From assembly GCA_965197475.1 (NCBI GenBank), contig CBDANF010000003.1, positions 3,584,001 through 3,648,000 on the forward strand: 64,000 bases of DNA, read 5' to 3'. This document shows, piece after piece, positions 39,677-50,684 of the stretch. A model generated the notes under the pieces. It made no database searches and was not told the origin of the DNA. It was given only the letters and a program-made list of their open reading frames with translations. The DNA comes from Candidatus Poribacteria bacterium. GTDB lineage: Bacteria > Poribacteria > WGA-4E > WGA-3G. The position numbers and the translations under genes were made by a program. Every line of letters begins with the position of its first letter. The first letter of the stretch is position 1.

Positions 39677-40573
39677 CTATTCTGATGAAAGTTTCATAAT
39701 CGCAATCCCTTGTTCGCCCGCCACAGAATAGAGAAGCCACGTTTCCCCATCCTCACAATAGATATCCGGGTCACGCAGTTGATGCACCCGTTCCCTGTCA
39801 AGTCCATTCGTTGAAGGGACAATCGGGATATCCACACCCTCAAAATCATATTTTGGAGCGATAACCTCTATCGGCAGGGATGGATGCCAATCATTCCAAT
39901 CTTCTGTAAGTTTCACTGTGCTTTTTAAAATCCGCTCCGGGGTTCCATCATAAAGCGAATAATAAACAGTTAAGGTATCTCCCACAAGACGGTTCGCTGT
40001 ATGGCGCGGAGTGCCGTCTCTGCCTTTACCCGGTTCCCCAGGAAAGAGGGGAGCGTCGCGTCTTTCAAATACAGTCGTCCATTCAGCAGTTTTTCCGCGA
40101 TTCAGCATGTTGTGATTCGTTGCATAAGGAAGACCTTTCCACCAAAAAACACGGAAATAGGGGCCCTGCTGCTTTTCTAATGTTTCAGATGCTGTGTAAT
40201 ATATACCATCAAGAGAGGTTGCCCAACAAGTCGCCTGTCCACCGCGATAATTTCCGTGAAAATACATGATAAAGCGGCGGTTTTCCTTGTCTATATGGAC
40301 ATCTGGCGACGCGATGTGATCGCATCCCTTAAAGACTGTGTTATCACGATGTAGTGTGCCAGGACGGTAGACAGTATAAGGACCTTCGATCTCATCAGCA
40401 TAAGCTAAGCGGATGTAAGCACCGCGATGGTGTGCAAAATAGAGATAGTATTTACCCAGAGGGTTCTCTACCCATTCTGGCACGCGAACAAGCGACGGTC
40501 CATTGATATTGGAGAATCCGTGCTCTCTATCAATATCGGACATATCTGGATGAATAAGCAGTGTACGTTCCAT
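39677..40573 (-). CDS. Glycoside hydrolase-like five-bladed beta-propeller protein
   Basis: NINGPSL.RVP.W, YLYFAHH.G.YIRLAYAD, ASPDV, QLRDP, YS.AGE.GI. Confidence 0.7.
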   Translation of the reverse strand: MERTLLIHPDMSDIDREHGFSNINGPSLVRVPEWVENPLGKYYLYFAHHRGAYIRLAYADEIEGPYTVYRPGTLHRDNTVFKGCDHIASPDVHIDKENRRFIMYFHGNYRGGQATCWATSLDGIYYTASETLEKQQGPYFRVFWWKGLPYATNHNMLNRGKTAEWTTVFERRDAPLFPGEPGKGRDGTPRHTANRLVGDTLTVYYSLYDGTPERILKSTVKLTEDWNDWHPSLPIEVIAPKYDFEGVDIPIVPSTNGLDRERVHQLRDPDIYCEDGETWLLYSVAGEQGIAIMKLSSE

Positions 40574-40600
40574 AAATTCCTCTTATAATACAATGATTCC

Positions 40601-41416
40601 CTAACTGTGTGCCTGAAACCGATATACCTCTTGTGCGTCTTCGGACATGTTCGCCCATATCTCTTCTGAAACTCGTGCGTTGAATATGTTTGGCGCATCG
40701 GGTGAATGATGAAACCTTCGGAAATAGACCAGCGCGAGCATGTGACGGGGAGTTTGTGACCGGTTCGGCGTTGCCCGGTGCCAGCACCGCATATCCCTCA
40801 CTACGACAGAGCCTGCGGGCATCACTAACTGAAATGAGGGGAGTTGTGCCGCACGAGCCTCCTCACAAACGTTGTAGGGTGTATTGCGTACTGCTGCATC
40901 ATCAACGATTAGATGTGACCCGGGCCAAACCTCTGTTGCTCCGTTTTCCACCGTGAAATCTACGAGCGGGATATTGACAACGATTGTTGAAACCGGCAGC
41001 GCGAACGGCAATTCTGGGAAGAGTTGACCGGAATCTCGATGAATCCATTGTATCTCGGAGCCGGGGGCAGTTGAGTTGCATCCGTAGGGCAAATACGCGA
41101 AAATCTTCTCACCCATCGCAGCTTTCATTATCGGCATTGCAAAGGGGTTGTCAATGATACGCGCATCCATGAACGGCATTTTTAACATCGGGTGGGTACC
41201 GTTATGTGCCTCTTCTCCCATATCAAGTACTGCTTGCATCACGACGTTTACCTCTTCTATCCAATCGCGCGGGAGCACATCCTCAATGACAACTAATCCC
41301 GTCTCGCGTAAAAGGCGCGCGGCAGCATCAATGTTCTCTGGCATAAGTTTACTTTCAGCGCGTTCCTGCGGGGAGAGTTCTAATTTAGGGATAATGATTG
41401 TTGTTTCTGCGTTCAC
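40601..41416 (-). CDS. PhyH family dioxygenase
   Basis: Q.IHRD, VNIPLVD..ENGATEVWPGSH, WHRATPN...R. Confidence 0.9.
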   Translation of the reverse strand: MNAETTIIIPKLELSPQERAESKLMPENIDAAARLLRETGLVVIEDVLPRDWIEEVNVVMQAVLDMGEEAHNGTHPMLKMPFMDARIIDNPFAMPIMKAAMGEKIFAYLPYGCNSTAPGSEIQWIHRDSGQLFPELPFALPVSTIVVNIPLVDFTVENGATEVWPGSHLIVDDAAVRNTPYNVCEEARAAQLPSFQLVMPAGSVVVRDMRCWHRATPNRSQTPRHMLALVYFRRFHHSPDAPNIFNARVSEEIWANMSEDAQEVYRFQAHS

Positions 41417-41419
41417 GAA

Positions 41420-42184
41420 CTATACCTGCCTTTCCGATAGTTTCAACGCTTCGCGAACCGCCTCGCGAACAATATTACAGGTTTTCACTGCATGCTCTGC
41501 ATTTTCAGCTGTTGCTGACTTTCCGGGGTAACGAAATTCCACAGCGTATGGTGCAATAATCGAAAGATCAGTCTGCCAATCATGCCAACTCGGAATAGTT
41601 GGAAGAATCAAACCTAACAATCCTAACAAATCATGTGATTTCGGAAAAGGGATATTTGCCTCTTGAATCCATGCCTTTAAATACTTTTCTATACACTGTT
41701 GCGCATGGAAGCAAATGAGATCAAAATCTGGCGATGTCACTTGCTTATGCAACGCTATCGCAGTATAGTCTCTTTCAGCTTTCTGTGCCCACTCAAGTGT
41801 TAATGGATTCATAGCGTACTTTTCCTTATTGGGTGTTCCTTTGCGATCTGTCTTATTGTAGGAAAATCCTACGGATTCATAAAGCACTTCACCTTTTTCG
41901 GTGATCTCGCGCAGAAACCAGTCGTTATGAGAAATGCGATAAGCGATCTCTTCTGATGAGCGTACCAACAAATCCATACTGAAACGGCGCGGGATACGCT
42001 GCCAAATCTCCGCCGCTTGACGGCTTGTCTCCGATTCTGGGATATCCATCACTACCAGCAAATCAATATCCGAGTCTTCCGTAGGTGTCCCATACGCATA
42101 AGAACCAAACAGAATGATCTGAAGCGGCGAGAATTCGCGTACGATGTCGTCACATGTGGCTTGAATGTCCTTTTGGGTAACCAT
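41420..42184 (-). CDS. Fused minimal nucleotidyltransferase (MNT) + HEPN protein
   Basis: ILFGSYAYG...DSDIDLLV; FHAQQ.IEKYLKA, HDL, RYPG; one ORF. Confidence 0.85.
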   Translation of the reverse strand: MVTQKDIQATCDDIVREFSPLQIILFGSYAYGTPTEDSDIDLLVVMDIPESETSRQAAEIWQRIPRRFSMDLLVRSSEEIAYRISHNDWFLREITEKGEVLYESVGFSYNKTDRKGTPNKEKYAMNPLTLEWAQKAERDYTAIALHKQVTSPDFDLICFHAQQCIEKYLKAWIQEANIPFPKSHDLLGLLGLILPTIPSWHDWQTDLSIIAPYAVEFRYPGKSATAENAEHAVKTCNIVREAVREALKLSERQV

Positions 42185-42251
42185 GACCAGTACTCCTTTT
42201 TGAAAGTATAGCATGGAACGTAACGGATGTCAATGTGGGATATCATCCACT

Positions 42252-42705
42252 CAGGGCTATTTAGTTTCGATTTTTCTTGTAGTATTTATCACAAATGTTA
42301 TTTTATATTATATGCAGATGTAGCGTGATTTTTCTCGCTACATCTGCTATATTTCACCTTAAAAAACCAACTCTTTGAGATGAACCATGACAAAAATATC
42401 CTCTTATACCAAATTAACTTGATCCCACTCGGTAGGCGCGCTTTGTCCGCGCGCAGTCTGCCCAGAAAAATAAGACTAATCCCGTTAATTTGGTATTACC
42501 ACTTGATTGAAATATTAGCAGAAGCGTCAAACCACGCAATAAAAGACAAACGACATCCGTTGGTGTCAATCCTTGCGCTTGTTGCCTCGGTTTGATGTAC
42601 GGTCATAAAAGCTGGACATCCATCGCAACCTGGGTGCTTTAAACTCGCAAAAGCACTTGGTTTCACATATAAAAAAACGTCTTGCGCTGCAACCCTCCCA
42701 CAAGA
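42252..42705 (+). mobile_element. Degenerate ISAs1-family remnant (left end + transposase N-terminus)
   Basis: cagggctatttagttt terminus; broken frames read LIEILAE..KRHPLVSILAL..GLM.GHKSWTSIATW..LAKALGFT..CAATL. Confidence 0.7.
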
Positions 42706-42743
42706 ATAAATTGACTACAGACTGCTGAAAGCCGATAGCCATC

Positions 42744-44238
42744 CTACACTTCGCTTCTGATAAAAATAAGAACTATCCCCATGAACAAGATAAGGTTACA
42801 TATCAGAAGTAGAAACATATCCGGTAATGCCCGTTTTACATTCGTCAATACATCCCGTCTCTCGAAAGCGAATTCCGGAAGGGTACTCCAATTTACCGCG
42901 CCTTTATCAGCGACAAACCATTGCCGGGACGCGAATGCATCTTTTGCGTAGAAATAATCAATCAAAGTTTTTCGGTAACGTCGTCCTGTCTCAAAAAAAT
43001 CTCTGAGTCCCAGCAAGTCTGTGCCTGCCCATGCTTGCGTTGCATCATCATAAATACCTACGGGTGAGAATTTCAACAATATACTATCAATTGTAGCTTG
43101 TTGAACGAAAATGTCATCAAGTGCCTGCTTCTGGATGCGCCACGCCTTATCTGCGGTGCGGATAGCTAGCGGCTCAACAAAATTATAATATCTCTTCGCG
43201 ATGGGGACGTAATGCTCAAATTCCGGAGGGATTTCTGAAATAAGGCTCATATTTTCGAGGTAAGGGGACAAGGTTACTGGATCGACGGACGCTTCGGTAT
43301 AAAGCCCCAAAACCTCGCTAAGCTGCGATTTCTCCTCGGCGACCCCTTCGTTTTCAAGGAACTTTTGTCGCTTTCTTTCATATTCATCCAAAATCTTTTG
43401 AATTTGATTCTCAGCTGTCTTTGTACGTGCCTGAATATCGCCTCCCGAGTTAACCGTGGCCCGAATTAGGTTCGGATACACAAGTATCAGAAAACCCCAT
43501 ACGAACATGGCGAGCATTAACGCTGTACCTGTTCTACGCGTCACTACGGAAATTAGCAACCCGATGAGGTAAAATATGGATAGGTAAGCAAACGATGTGA
43601 AAACAATTCCCCCGATTCGAAGGAAATCAGCAGACGACAACGGAATAGAACGGATTAACAATAGTAGTGCGAAGAGTAAACTTAGTATCAGCGGCACTAA
43701 CAGACATACCATCGCGCTGACATATTTGGCAAGGAGAATGTCCCCGCGTCGGATAGGTTGTGCCAAAACAAGACGTAAGGTGCCGCGCTCGCGCTCCCCC
43801 CGCAATAGCGTCATAAGCAAATATTAAGCCCATCAAGCTGAGGATTACCTCAAAGATATAGGCAATATCGATCGAAGAAAAAAACGCGATAAATGGGTTG
43901 TCTGTACCATGCTTTTGGGCATCCCATAGGGACGACACAAATCCGTGATAGATGCCAACAAGGTTTCCTAAGCGTTTATCTAATCCGACATTGAAAATAC
44001 TCAAGGGATTCGGAGCGCGGTCAACAAACAGGTACATCGTAGAATAGGTTTTTGCCTTCCATAATTCCTCATAATGTGTTTTGACAGCATCATTGTAACT
44101 CTCCAACCGCTGTTCGTAATCTTGGATGAGCACAGCGGTGTTCGCGACAACAAGCAACAGTGTGATGAGTAACACCGCGGCAAAACGGAAGGTCATCAGA
44201 TTGTCAAGAAGTTCTCGTCGAATGAGTGTTGTTAACAT
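42744..44238 (-). pseudogene. ABC-2 type transporter permease, frameshifted in a G6 run near 43796-43801
   Basis: MLTTLIRRELLDNL ... YDAIAG|ERERGTLRLVLAQP..R..ILL.K. Confidence 0.85.
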
Positions 44239-44239
44239 A

Positions 44240-44360
44240 AAGATATCCGCACACAAGCTCCGTAAAGATCGGCACAGCGTTTGGGTCCATCGGTTTCTGA
44301 GACAATCCTTCTTTTACTGGATAGATATGTAAACTTTCGGGTCGCTCTGATCTTCCGTTC
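44240..44360 (-). pseudogene. Short remnant of a preceding gene, probably a paralogous permease
   Basis: Frame fragments TEDQSDP / SLHIYPVKEGLSQKPMDPNAVPIFTE with no start codon. Confidence 0.4.
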
Positions 44361-44367
44361 TTACGGA

Positions 44368-45462
44368 CTAATAATCTGCGACCGAACCATCGGTTAAACG
44401 ACTATTGGGCCAGTTAAACCATCTTCCTTGATTACTGACCTCAACAACCTTAGTTTCATCTACTTCAACGCCTAAACCTGGACCTTCAGGTAGTGAAACG
44501 TACCCTTCATCGTCCATCTCCCACGTTTTATGTGCGACTCCAGCCGGAAGCACGTTCTCATAGCCTTCGTGGATCAGGAAAAACGGTACCGAGGCGGATA
44601 GATGAAAACTTGCGGTGAGACCGAGATAGGACATTGTGCAGTGCGGTGCTATGGGCACGTGGTGTGCTTCTGCAAGCGCAGCGACCTTCTTGACTTGGGT
44701 GATGCCACCCCCATGTCCAACATCGGGTTGAAGGATGTCAATTACTTGCGCTTCAAGAATCTCTCGCACTTCCCATATTGTGCGATCACGTTCGCCAGTT
44801 GCTAACGGCACAGGGACGGATTCTCGGACCTTGCGCATAACTTCAATGTTTCCCGGCACCCATGCTTCTTCTAAAAAGAGCAGATCATCAGGTTTGAGAT
44901 GTCCTGCAAATTGTTTGAGGATAGGCGGCGGCAAGCAGCTGTGCGCATCGAACATAACAGCCCCATCAGTGCCGACTTTCTCTCGTGTGTCGTGAACTCT
45001 TTGCACCATATTCGCAATCTCATCGGGCGTGCCAGCGAACGGCTTTGAACCACCCGGTCCCGTTTTAATCGCTTTTGGACTCGGATACTTCCAAATTTTA
45101 TCCCGACAGGGACCACCCAGTAGGCGATAGACGGGCACACCCCACAGTTTTCCAGCAATATCCCACAATGCCATATCAATAGCAGAAATAGTGTGCACCA
45201 TCAATCCACCACCGCGGATATTGCGGTGTGCGCGAAATAGCCGTTGCCAGTGATGTTCAATACGCGTCGGGTTTTCACCGATAATTAGTTTGGACAAAGA
45301 ACGTGCCAATTCACAGGTGACGGTCGTCTCCATATTGTTGATCTCACCCCACCCGGTAACGTCCATGTTGGTTTCAATCTTGATGTATGCTTTCTCACCC
45401 ATCGGGTAAGCTTCAAGGTTTGTCACTCGAATCTGTGATCCTTTATCTTCATAGTCTGCCAT
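44368..45462 (-). CDS. Mandelate racemase/galactonate dehydratase-like enolase superfamily enzyme
   Basis: SAIDMALWDI.GK..GVPVY.LLGG, DAH, FLEE, ATGE, QPD, APH, PGLG. Confidence 0.9.
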   Translation of the reverse strand: MADYEDKGSQIRVTNLEAYPMGEKAYIKIETNMDVTGWGEINNMETTVTCELARSLSKLIIGENPTRIEHHWQRLFRAHRNIRGGGLMVHTISAIDMALWDIAGKLWGVPVYRLLGGPCRDKIWKYPSPKAIKTGPGGSKPFAGTPDEIANMVQRVHDTREKVGTDGAVMFDAHSCLPPPILKQFAGHLKPDDLLFLEEAWVPGNIEVMRKVRESVPVPLATGERDRTIWEVREILEAQVIDILQPDVGHGGGITQVKKVAALAEAHHVPIAPHCTMSYLGLTASFHLSASVPFFLIHEGYENVLPAGVAHKTWEMDDEGYVSLPEGPGLGVEVDETKVVEVSNQGRWFNWPNSRLTDGSVADY

Positions 45463-45565
45463 TACGATAATCTCCCTTCTTTTTGTTATGTTTTAGTTTT
45501 TCATAATTCCTGAAGTTTGTCAAACCTTTTCATACGCACAAAGATGAGGTGGAAATGAAATTTTG

Positions 45566-45594
45566 TTGACGAAAACAACAGAAATTGATACATT
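45566..45594 (+). promoter_or_regulatory. Putative sigma70 promoter
   Basis: ttgacg-N17-tacatt upstream of the Gfo/Idh/MocA gene. Confidence 0.45.
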
Positions 45595-45642
45595 ATACTT
45601 ATATGACCGAATGTTGAACCCAAATCAAAGGAAACCAAGATT

Positions 45643-46710
45643 ATGGCAACAGATCAAACATATCGTATCGGAATCATCGGCTGCGGCGGAATGGGCAGGT
45701 CCCATTCCAGATCATGGCAAAAACAACCGAATGCTGAGATCGTGGCAGCGATGGATATCTACGAAGAATCCGTAAAACGTGTCGCGGATGAATTTGATGT
45801 ACCGGCTATCTACACCGATGTTGATGAGATGTTAGCAAAAGAGGATTTGGACATCGTCAGTATCACGACGTGGCAGGGACCGCGTGCTGAAGCTACGGTT
45901 GCTGCAGCGAACGCTGGCGTAAAAGGTATCATCGGTGAAAAACCGATGTCCGTTTCACTTGGGCAGGCAGATGATATGCTTGCCGCATGTGAACAGAACA
46001 ATGTCAAACTTGTCATCGGCCACCAGGGCAGGTACAGTCCTGTGAATACAGAAATTCGCAGACTTGTCGCGACAGGTGCAATTGGCAAACCGACAACGCT
46101 TCATCATCGCGCGAAATCGAACGCGGGTCTACTTAATACGGGCACTCACGCCATTGATGGTTGGCGTTACCTATTGTCCGATCCAGAGACGTTGTGGGTT
46201 ATCGGGCAAACAGCGCGTACTACTGACCGATGGGAACGCCGCACGATCTGTGAAGACCTCTGTATGGGATTAGTTTGCTTTGAAGGGGGCGCACGCGCTA
46301 TCTACGAAGGCGATCTACCCGATCCATCTGTGTCTATGCCAAGAATTTCTGGCACAGAGGGGCTAATTCGCAACGGCGATAACGGAACAGTCCTGCTCCA
46401 AAACGGAGATGCCAAAGGTTGGCAGACAATTACGCCTCCATCGCAACCCAAAAATCAGTTCCAAGAACTAATTGAGTGGATAGAGGGCAAAATACCGACC
46501 CACCGCGGCAGAGGAGAACAAGCTCGATACACAATTGAAATTATGATGGCAATTTATGAATCTTTACGCATTAAGAATGTCGTCAACATGCCGCTTGAAA
46601 CCAAAGAATTGCCGCTTGAATTGATGGTTAATGATGGCACGCTCCCTGTTCTTGAGGAGGGACGTTACGATCTACGTACACCGTTTGAAGGACAAACCCG
46701 AAAAAAATAA
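45643..46710 (+). CDS. Gfo/Idh/MocA oxidoreductase
   Basis: IGIIGCGGMG, EKPM, GTH.ID. Confidence 0.9.
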   Translation: MATDQTYRIGIIGCGGMGRSHSRSWQKQPNAEIVAAMDIYEESVKRVADEFDVPAIYTDVDEMLAKEDLDIVSITTWQGPRAEATVAAANAGVKGIIGEKPMSVSLGQADDMLAACEQNNVKLVIGHQGRYSPVNTEIRRLVATGAIGKPTTLHHRAKSNAGLLNTGTHAIDGWRYLLSDPETLWVIGQTARTTDRWERRTICEDLCMGLVCFEGGARAIYEGDLPDPSVSMPRISGTEGLIRNGDNGTVLLQNGDAKGWQTITPPSQPKNQFQELIEWIEGKIPTHRGRGEQARYTIEIMMAIYESLRIKNVVNMPLETKELPLELMVNDGTLPVLEEGRYDLRTPFEGQTRKK

Positions 46711-46732
46711 CTCGCCTCTTTCTTGCAGAAGT

Positions 46733-46768
46733 GTTTTGAAACCCCGGTTGTAGACGGGGTTTCAAAAC
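46733..46768. terminator. Strong hairpin (terminator or REP-like)
   Basis: gttttgaaaccccg-gttgtaga-cggggtttcaaaac perfect 14-bp stem after the gene stop. Confidence 0.6.
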
Positions 46769-46953
46769 ATGCAGTGCAGTAATTTTATCTTCGCGTTATA
46801 CTACCACATCCTAAACATGAGGTTTCCGTAAAACAGTAGTACTTTTTTGTAAATCATCCTAATTAAAATTTTTTCATACTATGCACCCTTTCCGACCTAA
46901 TACTGTGTCTTTAATTATGAAAGGTATAATATACCACTTTTTAGGAGGAATTC

Positions 46954-47462
46954 ATGTCAACCTTTTGGCATGAGCTCTGTTTAGTATGAAAACCAGATTT
47001 TACCGCAAAAAACGCCGATTTGGCAGTTGTGGCCGCATTGGGAGGATTTATCGTGATGCCGATGTTTCCACTCTTTTTTGAGGAACACGGGATCCGCCTC
47101 AGTATTGTCACACTTGTCATCACACTTTGGGATTCTTGTCCCTAAAAGAACTTGACACACAAGAGGAGCCACAACGTGTTGAGGAAACCTCGTCTGTTTT
47201 TCACAAACCAAAACGCAAGAAAAACAAGCGGAAACTTATCACTGCAGCGATTCTCGTTTTGATAAGTGGGGTTCTTCTGTTCGGTGCAATCAAAATTATT
47301 GATGCCACGCAGACAGACACAACCTCCTGCCCTGAATGGACACGGAAAGACTGTATTAAGGAGGAACAGCAACCGCCTTGTCCAGAACAGAAATTGCCTT
47401 GCCCGCTGAATACAGCAGAGCAAGGTGAACAACCGTCCAAGAAGGAGAAAACTCATGAATAG
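46954..47462 (+). pseudogene. Membrane protein, gene 1 of a 3-gene operon, with in-frame TGA (46987) and frameshift near 47127
   Basis: aggagg RBS + ATG 46954; hydrophobic segments continue past the TGA and join the 47127-47462 frame. Confidence 0.6.
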
Positions 47463-48462
47463 GAATATGGTCCGAGGAAGTATTGTCCTCATCGTTTTAA
47501 TCGGTATCGCAATCGTGTTCTTGTTGATAGACAAAGACACCGAAACGATAACAGTCTATAACCCACCATCAGAAGAAGTCTTCCAAAAAAAGATACGGGA
47601 TGATTTGGCAGCAAAAGACGTGGTCAAACCACCTCCCCCTGGCGAAACGGAGGATAGCGGGTATTGGCACGGCGACCACTGGCATGAAACTTCGCCCGGT
47701 AAACCAGAGACGGAGGATACGCCAGGTGAAGCTGTGAAATCTTCCGTTAATGTACCCTACCCTCGCGGACAAACATCCTCAAACCCACTTTTGGCAGATG
47801 GCGTTCCCGAACACCTCAAATGTCCCCCTAAGTGGATTGGTGTTCAAGGTGACGACCTCTCTGAGGTGGAAAAAGAGGAGGTAAGAACCATATTCCGTGA
47901 AATAATAGAAAAATATAATCCCAAGCGACCTCTCGCCGATATCTGGTCGGCATTTATTGAAGCAGAAAAGTTCTATTATGCAAATAATGTTATTAGTACC
48001 CACACCAAAGGCAGCGACGGTCTTATTCCCATTGATTACACCCCTATCGGTCCGGCAACAGAGCGAGTGGACTGGATGCTGCAACATGCCCTTGATTATC
48101 CTGAGATAGTAGAACTTAGTTTCAAAAAGGACTACTTGTTTGATGATGTGCGGCTCGTGGAGATTGGTAGAGAACATCCAGATTGGAACAAGATTACGCT
48201 CCCAGACAGACGCACGTTCCGCGAAAAATCAGGCTACTACTATGAGTTCACATACTACGAAGGCAAGGGGCACCCAGACCCTAATGATCCGCATATCCAC
48301 GGATATAACGGGACGCTGCGGACAATTCGGACTGGGCATTCTGGTAAAGATGCAACCCTCGTCAAGATCCACCTAAACGATACTTCCGATGAAGAACTTG
48401 AAGCGTTGAGTGGGTGGGATTTTAACATTAACCCTTATACACAGGAGGCAATTCGAAAATGA
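47455..48462 (+). CDS. Membrane-anchored hypothetical protein with PPPPG..GYWHGDHWH motif
   Basis: aggag RBS; N-terminal TM; overlaps both neighbours. Confidence 0.75.
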   Translation: MNRNMVRGSIVLIVLIGIAIVFLLIDKDTETITVYNPPSEEVFQKKIRDDLAAKDVVKPPPPGETEDSGYWHGDHWHETSPGKPETEDTPGEAVKSSVNVPYPRGQTSSNPLLADGVPEHLKCPPKWIGVQGDDLSEVEKEEVRTIFREIIEKYNPKRPLADIWSAFIEAEKFYYANNVISTHTKGSDGLIPIDYTPIGPATERVDWMLQHALDYPEIVELSFKKDYLFDDVRLVEIGREHPDWNKITLPDRRTFREKSGYYYEFTYYEGKGHPDPNDPHIHGYNGTLRTIRTGHSGKDATLVKIHLNDTSDEELEALSGWDFNINPYTQEAIRK

Positions 48463-48690
48463 AAAAACTTTTTATATTTCTATTAGCAGCCTTTATGCTA
48501 ATGGTTCCGACACTTCACATACAAGCACAACAACAGAAAGTCATATTACACAGTTGGAGTGAACCGGAACCCGACAAAGCTGTTCATCCTTTAGATGATA
48601 ATAATGACGATGCTGATAAACCTTTTGCAATTCAGAGCATCAAATATGCGGAACGTGGTTATTGTTCCGGTTGCGAAGTTTACTATCTTA

Positions 48691-49597
48691 TAGTAAATCC
48701 CGTAATTACTTATACACTTTTATAATATCATCAATAGAAGTCTGAGCATTGTATTGACGTATCCGCTTGATGTTGGCGAAATCCTTCTCAATCGGATTCA
48801 ACTCCGGTGAATACGGTGGTAAAAACAACAAACTCGCACCGCAATCCCGGATCAATGCCGCCGTCTGTGAACCTTTGTGGAAAGACGCATTATCCATAAT
48901 CACAACATGGCTATCGTCAAGCAATGGACACAACATTTCCGAAAGCCAACTGTTGAAGGCGATCACATCGCAACTGCCCTTGAAAAGCACAGGTGCTGTG
49001 AAACATCCATCAAGCCGTGCCGCAATCAGCGTCGTGGTGGTATACCGATGGCTTGGCACTTTATCTTCAACACGGACACCTTTCGGGGCATAAGCATACC
49101 GACGGAAAGTGGTTTCAGTGAAACCACTTTCGTCAAGATAAACCGGTTTTTTGCCATGCTCGTGTGTCTCTTGTTGAAGTGCCGAAAGATACTCTTGGCG
49201 TTTTATCGGACACTGTTCTTTGTAGGTCGTTGTCTTTTTTTCGCGTAATATTGAGTTTTGAGAAGGCATAAAAGATGCCGTTTGTTGAAACACCGAAGTG
49301 TTTGGCACGTTCGGCGAGTGTGGAATCTGGGAAATCGGCAACATGTTGCTGAAGTGCGTCATAATCAATATCTCGGGGACCTTTGGGTCCCGGTTTTTCA
49401 CAGGCGAAGGGGTCTTCTGCTTCCAACCAGTTATAGATCGTTCTTCTTGAGACACGAAAAGTGCGTTCTGCGGCGGCTTTACTGCCACCATTATTGATGA
49501 AATCAAGCACGCGTTTGCGTCCATCTGTTGAATATGCCATAATCATAAAGGCTAACATAAATCACAGAAAATGTAAACTTATTTTCAGGATCTACTA
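48691..49597 (-). mobile_element. IS630-family insertion sequence (907 bp)
   Basis: TA duplication at 48689-90 and 49598-99; imperfect TIRs tagtaaatcccg / caggatctacta. Confidence 0.9.
48706..49540 (-). CDS. IS630 transposase in two ORFs joined by a probable -1 frameshift (A7G at 49234-49241)
   Basis: MAYSTDGRKRV HTH; YLDESG, MDNASFH, LPPYSPELNPIE; A AAA AAG slippery site at the overlap. Confidence 0.88.
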
Positions 49598-50237
49598 TAA
49601 TAGCACGGCAACAGTAAGCATATCTGCAGTCCCCATGACTAACATTGAAGGTAGAAATGTGAACTATGATGCGGAAGGTTGGGCTTGGCTTACAGGGGAC
49701 GGTGCTGTTCTTGATGCTCCCTCTGGTGATGGCATAAACAGAGAAAATGAAGAATCGTCACCGGATGGCCCCTATAAGTATGATAAGTTAAAAAGAACCA
49801 AGAATACTGACAATAATAGGTCAACGACAACAGCAAAAACTGTGTTCAAAAGACATGCTGTCTTTTTAGGTAGTGCTTTCTTGGAAGACGAGAGGCAGCG
49901 TAATTTTGACCTCTATGAAACGGCTGGTAAGAATGGTACTCATCCTATCTCCCCAACTTCCCTAAATGCGAATCCATGGGCGAAAGGGAGACTTGACACA
50001 GATTCCAACAGTTCTCTAAATTCTACCATACGGGTAATGAGGAGTGAGACACCTAGCTGCAGTAGTTCAGGAGCAAATCATACATGTAGGAAAGACACCA
50101 CTCAAGCCAATTCAGGTAATGATAACAGTGAATTTGTCGATAATACTAGCAACTGCACTTACTGTTCAAATGGATGCTTCCTTTGTACTATAACTGGACC
50201 CTGCGGACATACCTACTCGGATGTGACAGCATCACAG

Positions 50238-50684
50238 CACACACTCCAAGCTAGTTGCTCCGAAACAGATGAAAACGGGAATACTTGCACGGTGACAAAC
50301 TTCTATGCTTGTGAATCGCACACGCATCAATACACCTCGCTTATCACGGGTGCTTGTGGGGTGCATACCGGCATCGCCTCAAGTGATGCAAGCAACCACG
50401 CTTATACAGTGGGTGGCTGTACGCATTCCTACTATATGTGTCAAGCAAGCGGCCATGAATGGGGCACCGCGCCGTGTGGTGATGCAACACACGTAGGGTA
50501 TTTGTGTCAAATCGCTGCCTCTGATCACGAGTGGGTATATGAGATTTGTCCATCCATGCATGCACATTATGAATGTGATGGCGCAGATCATTCATTACAA
50601 GCGAGTTGTTCAGAAACGAATGTGAACGGCGATAGTTGTACGGTCACTAACTTCTATGCGTGTCAGTCGCACACGCACCAATAC
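50238..50684 (+). repeat. Intragenic 32-codon duplication (50238-50333 and 50589-50684)
   Basis: HTLQASCSETDENGNTCTVTNFYACESHTHQY vs HSLQASCSETNVNGDSCTVTNFYACQSHTHQY. Confidence 0.9.

Noticed and set aside
46987-46989. Selenocysteine TGA
   Set aside because: No redox motif or evident SECIS hairpin, and the same gene also carries a frameshift.
49461-49599. N-terminus of the 482-aa ORF as listed in the ORF track
   Set aside because: It is the antisense of the IS630 end; the true N-terminus is at 48459.
50238-50684. DGR template/variable repeat pair
   Set aside because: Differences are mostly synonymous third-position changes and are not adenine-specific; both copies are coding; no reverse transcriptase in the window.
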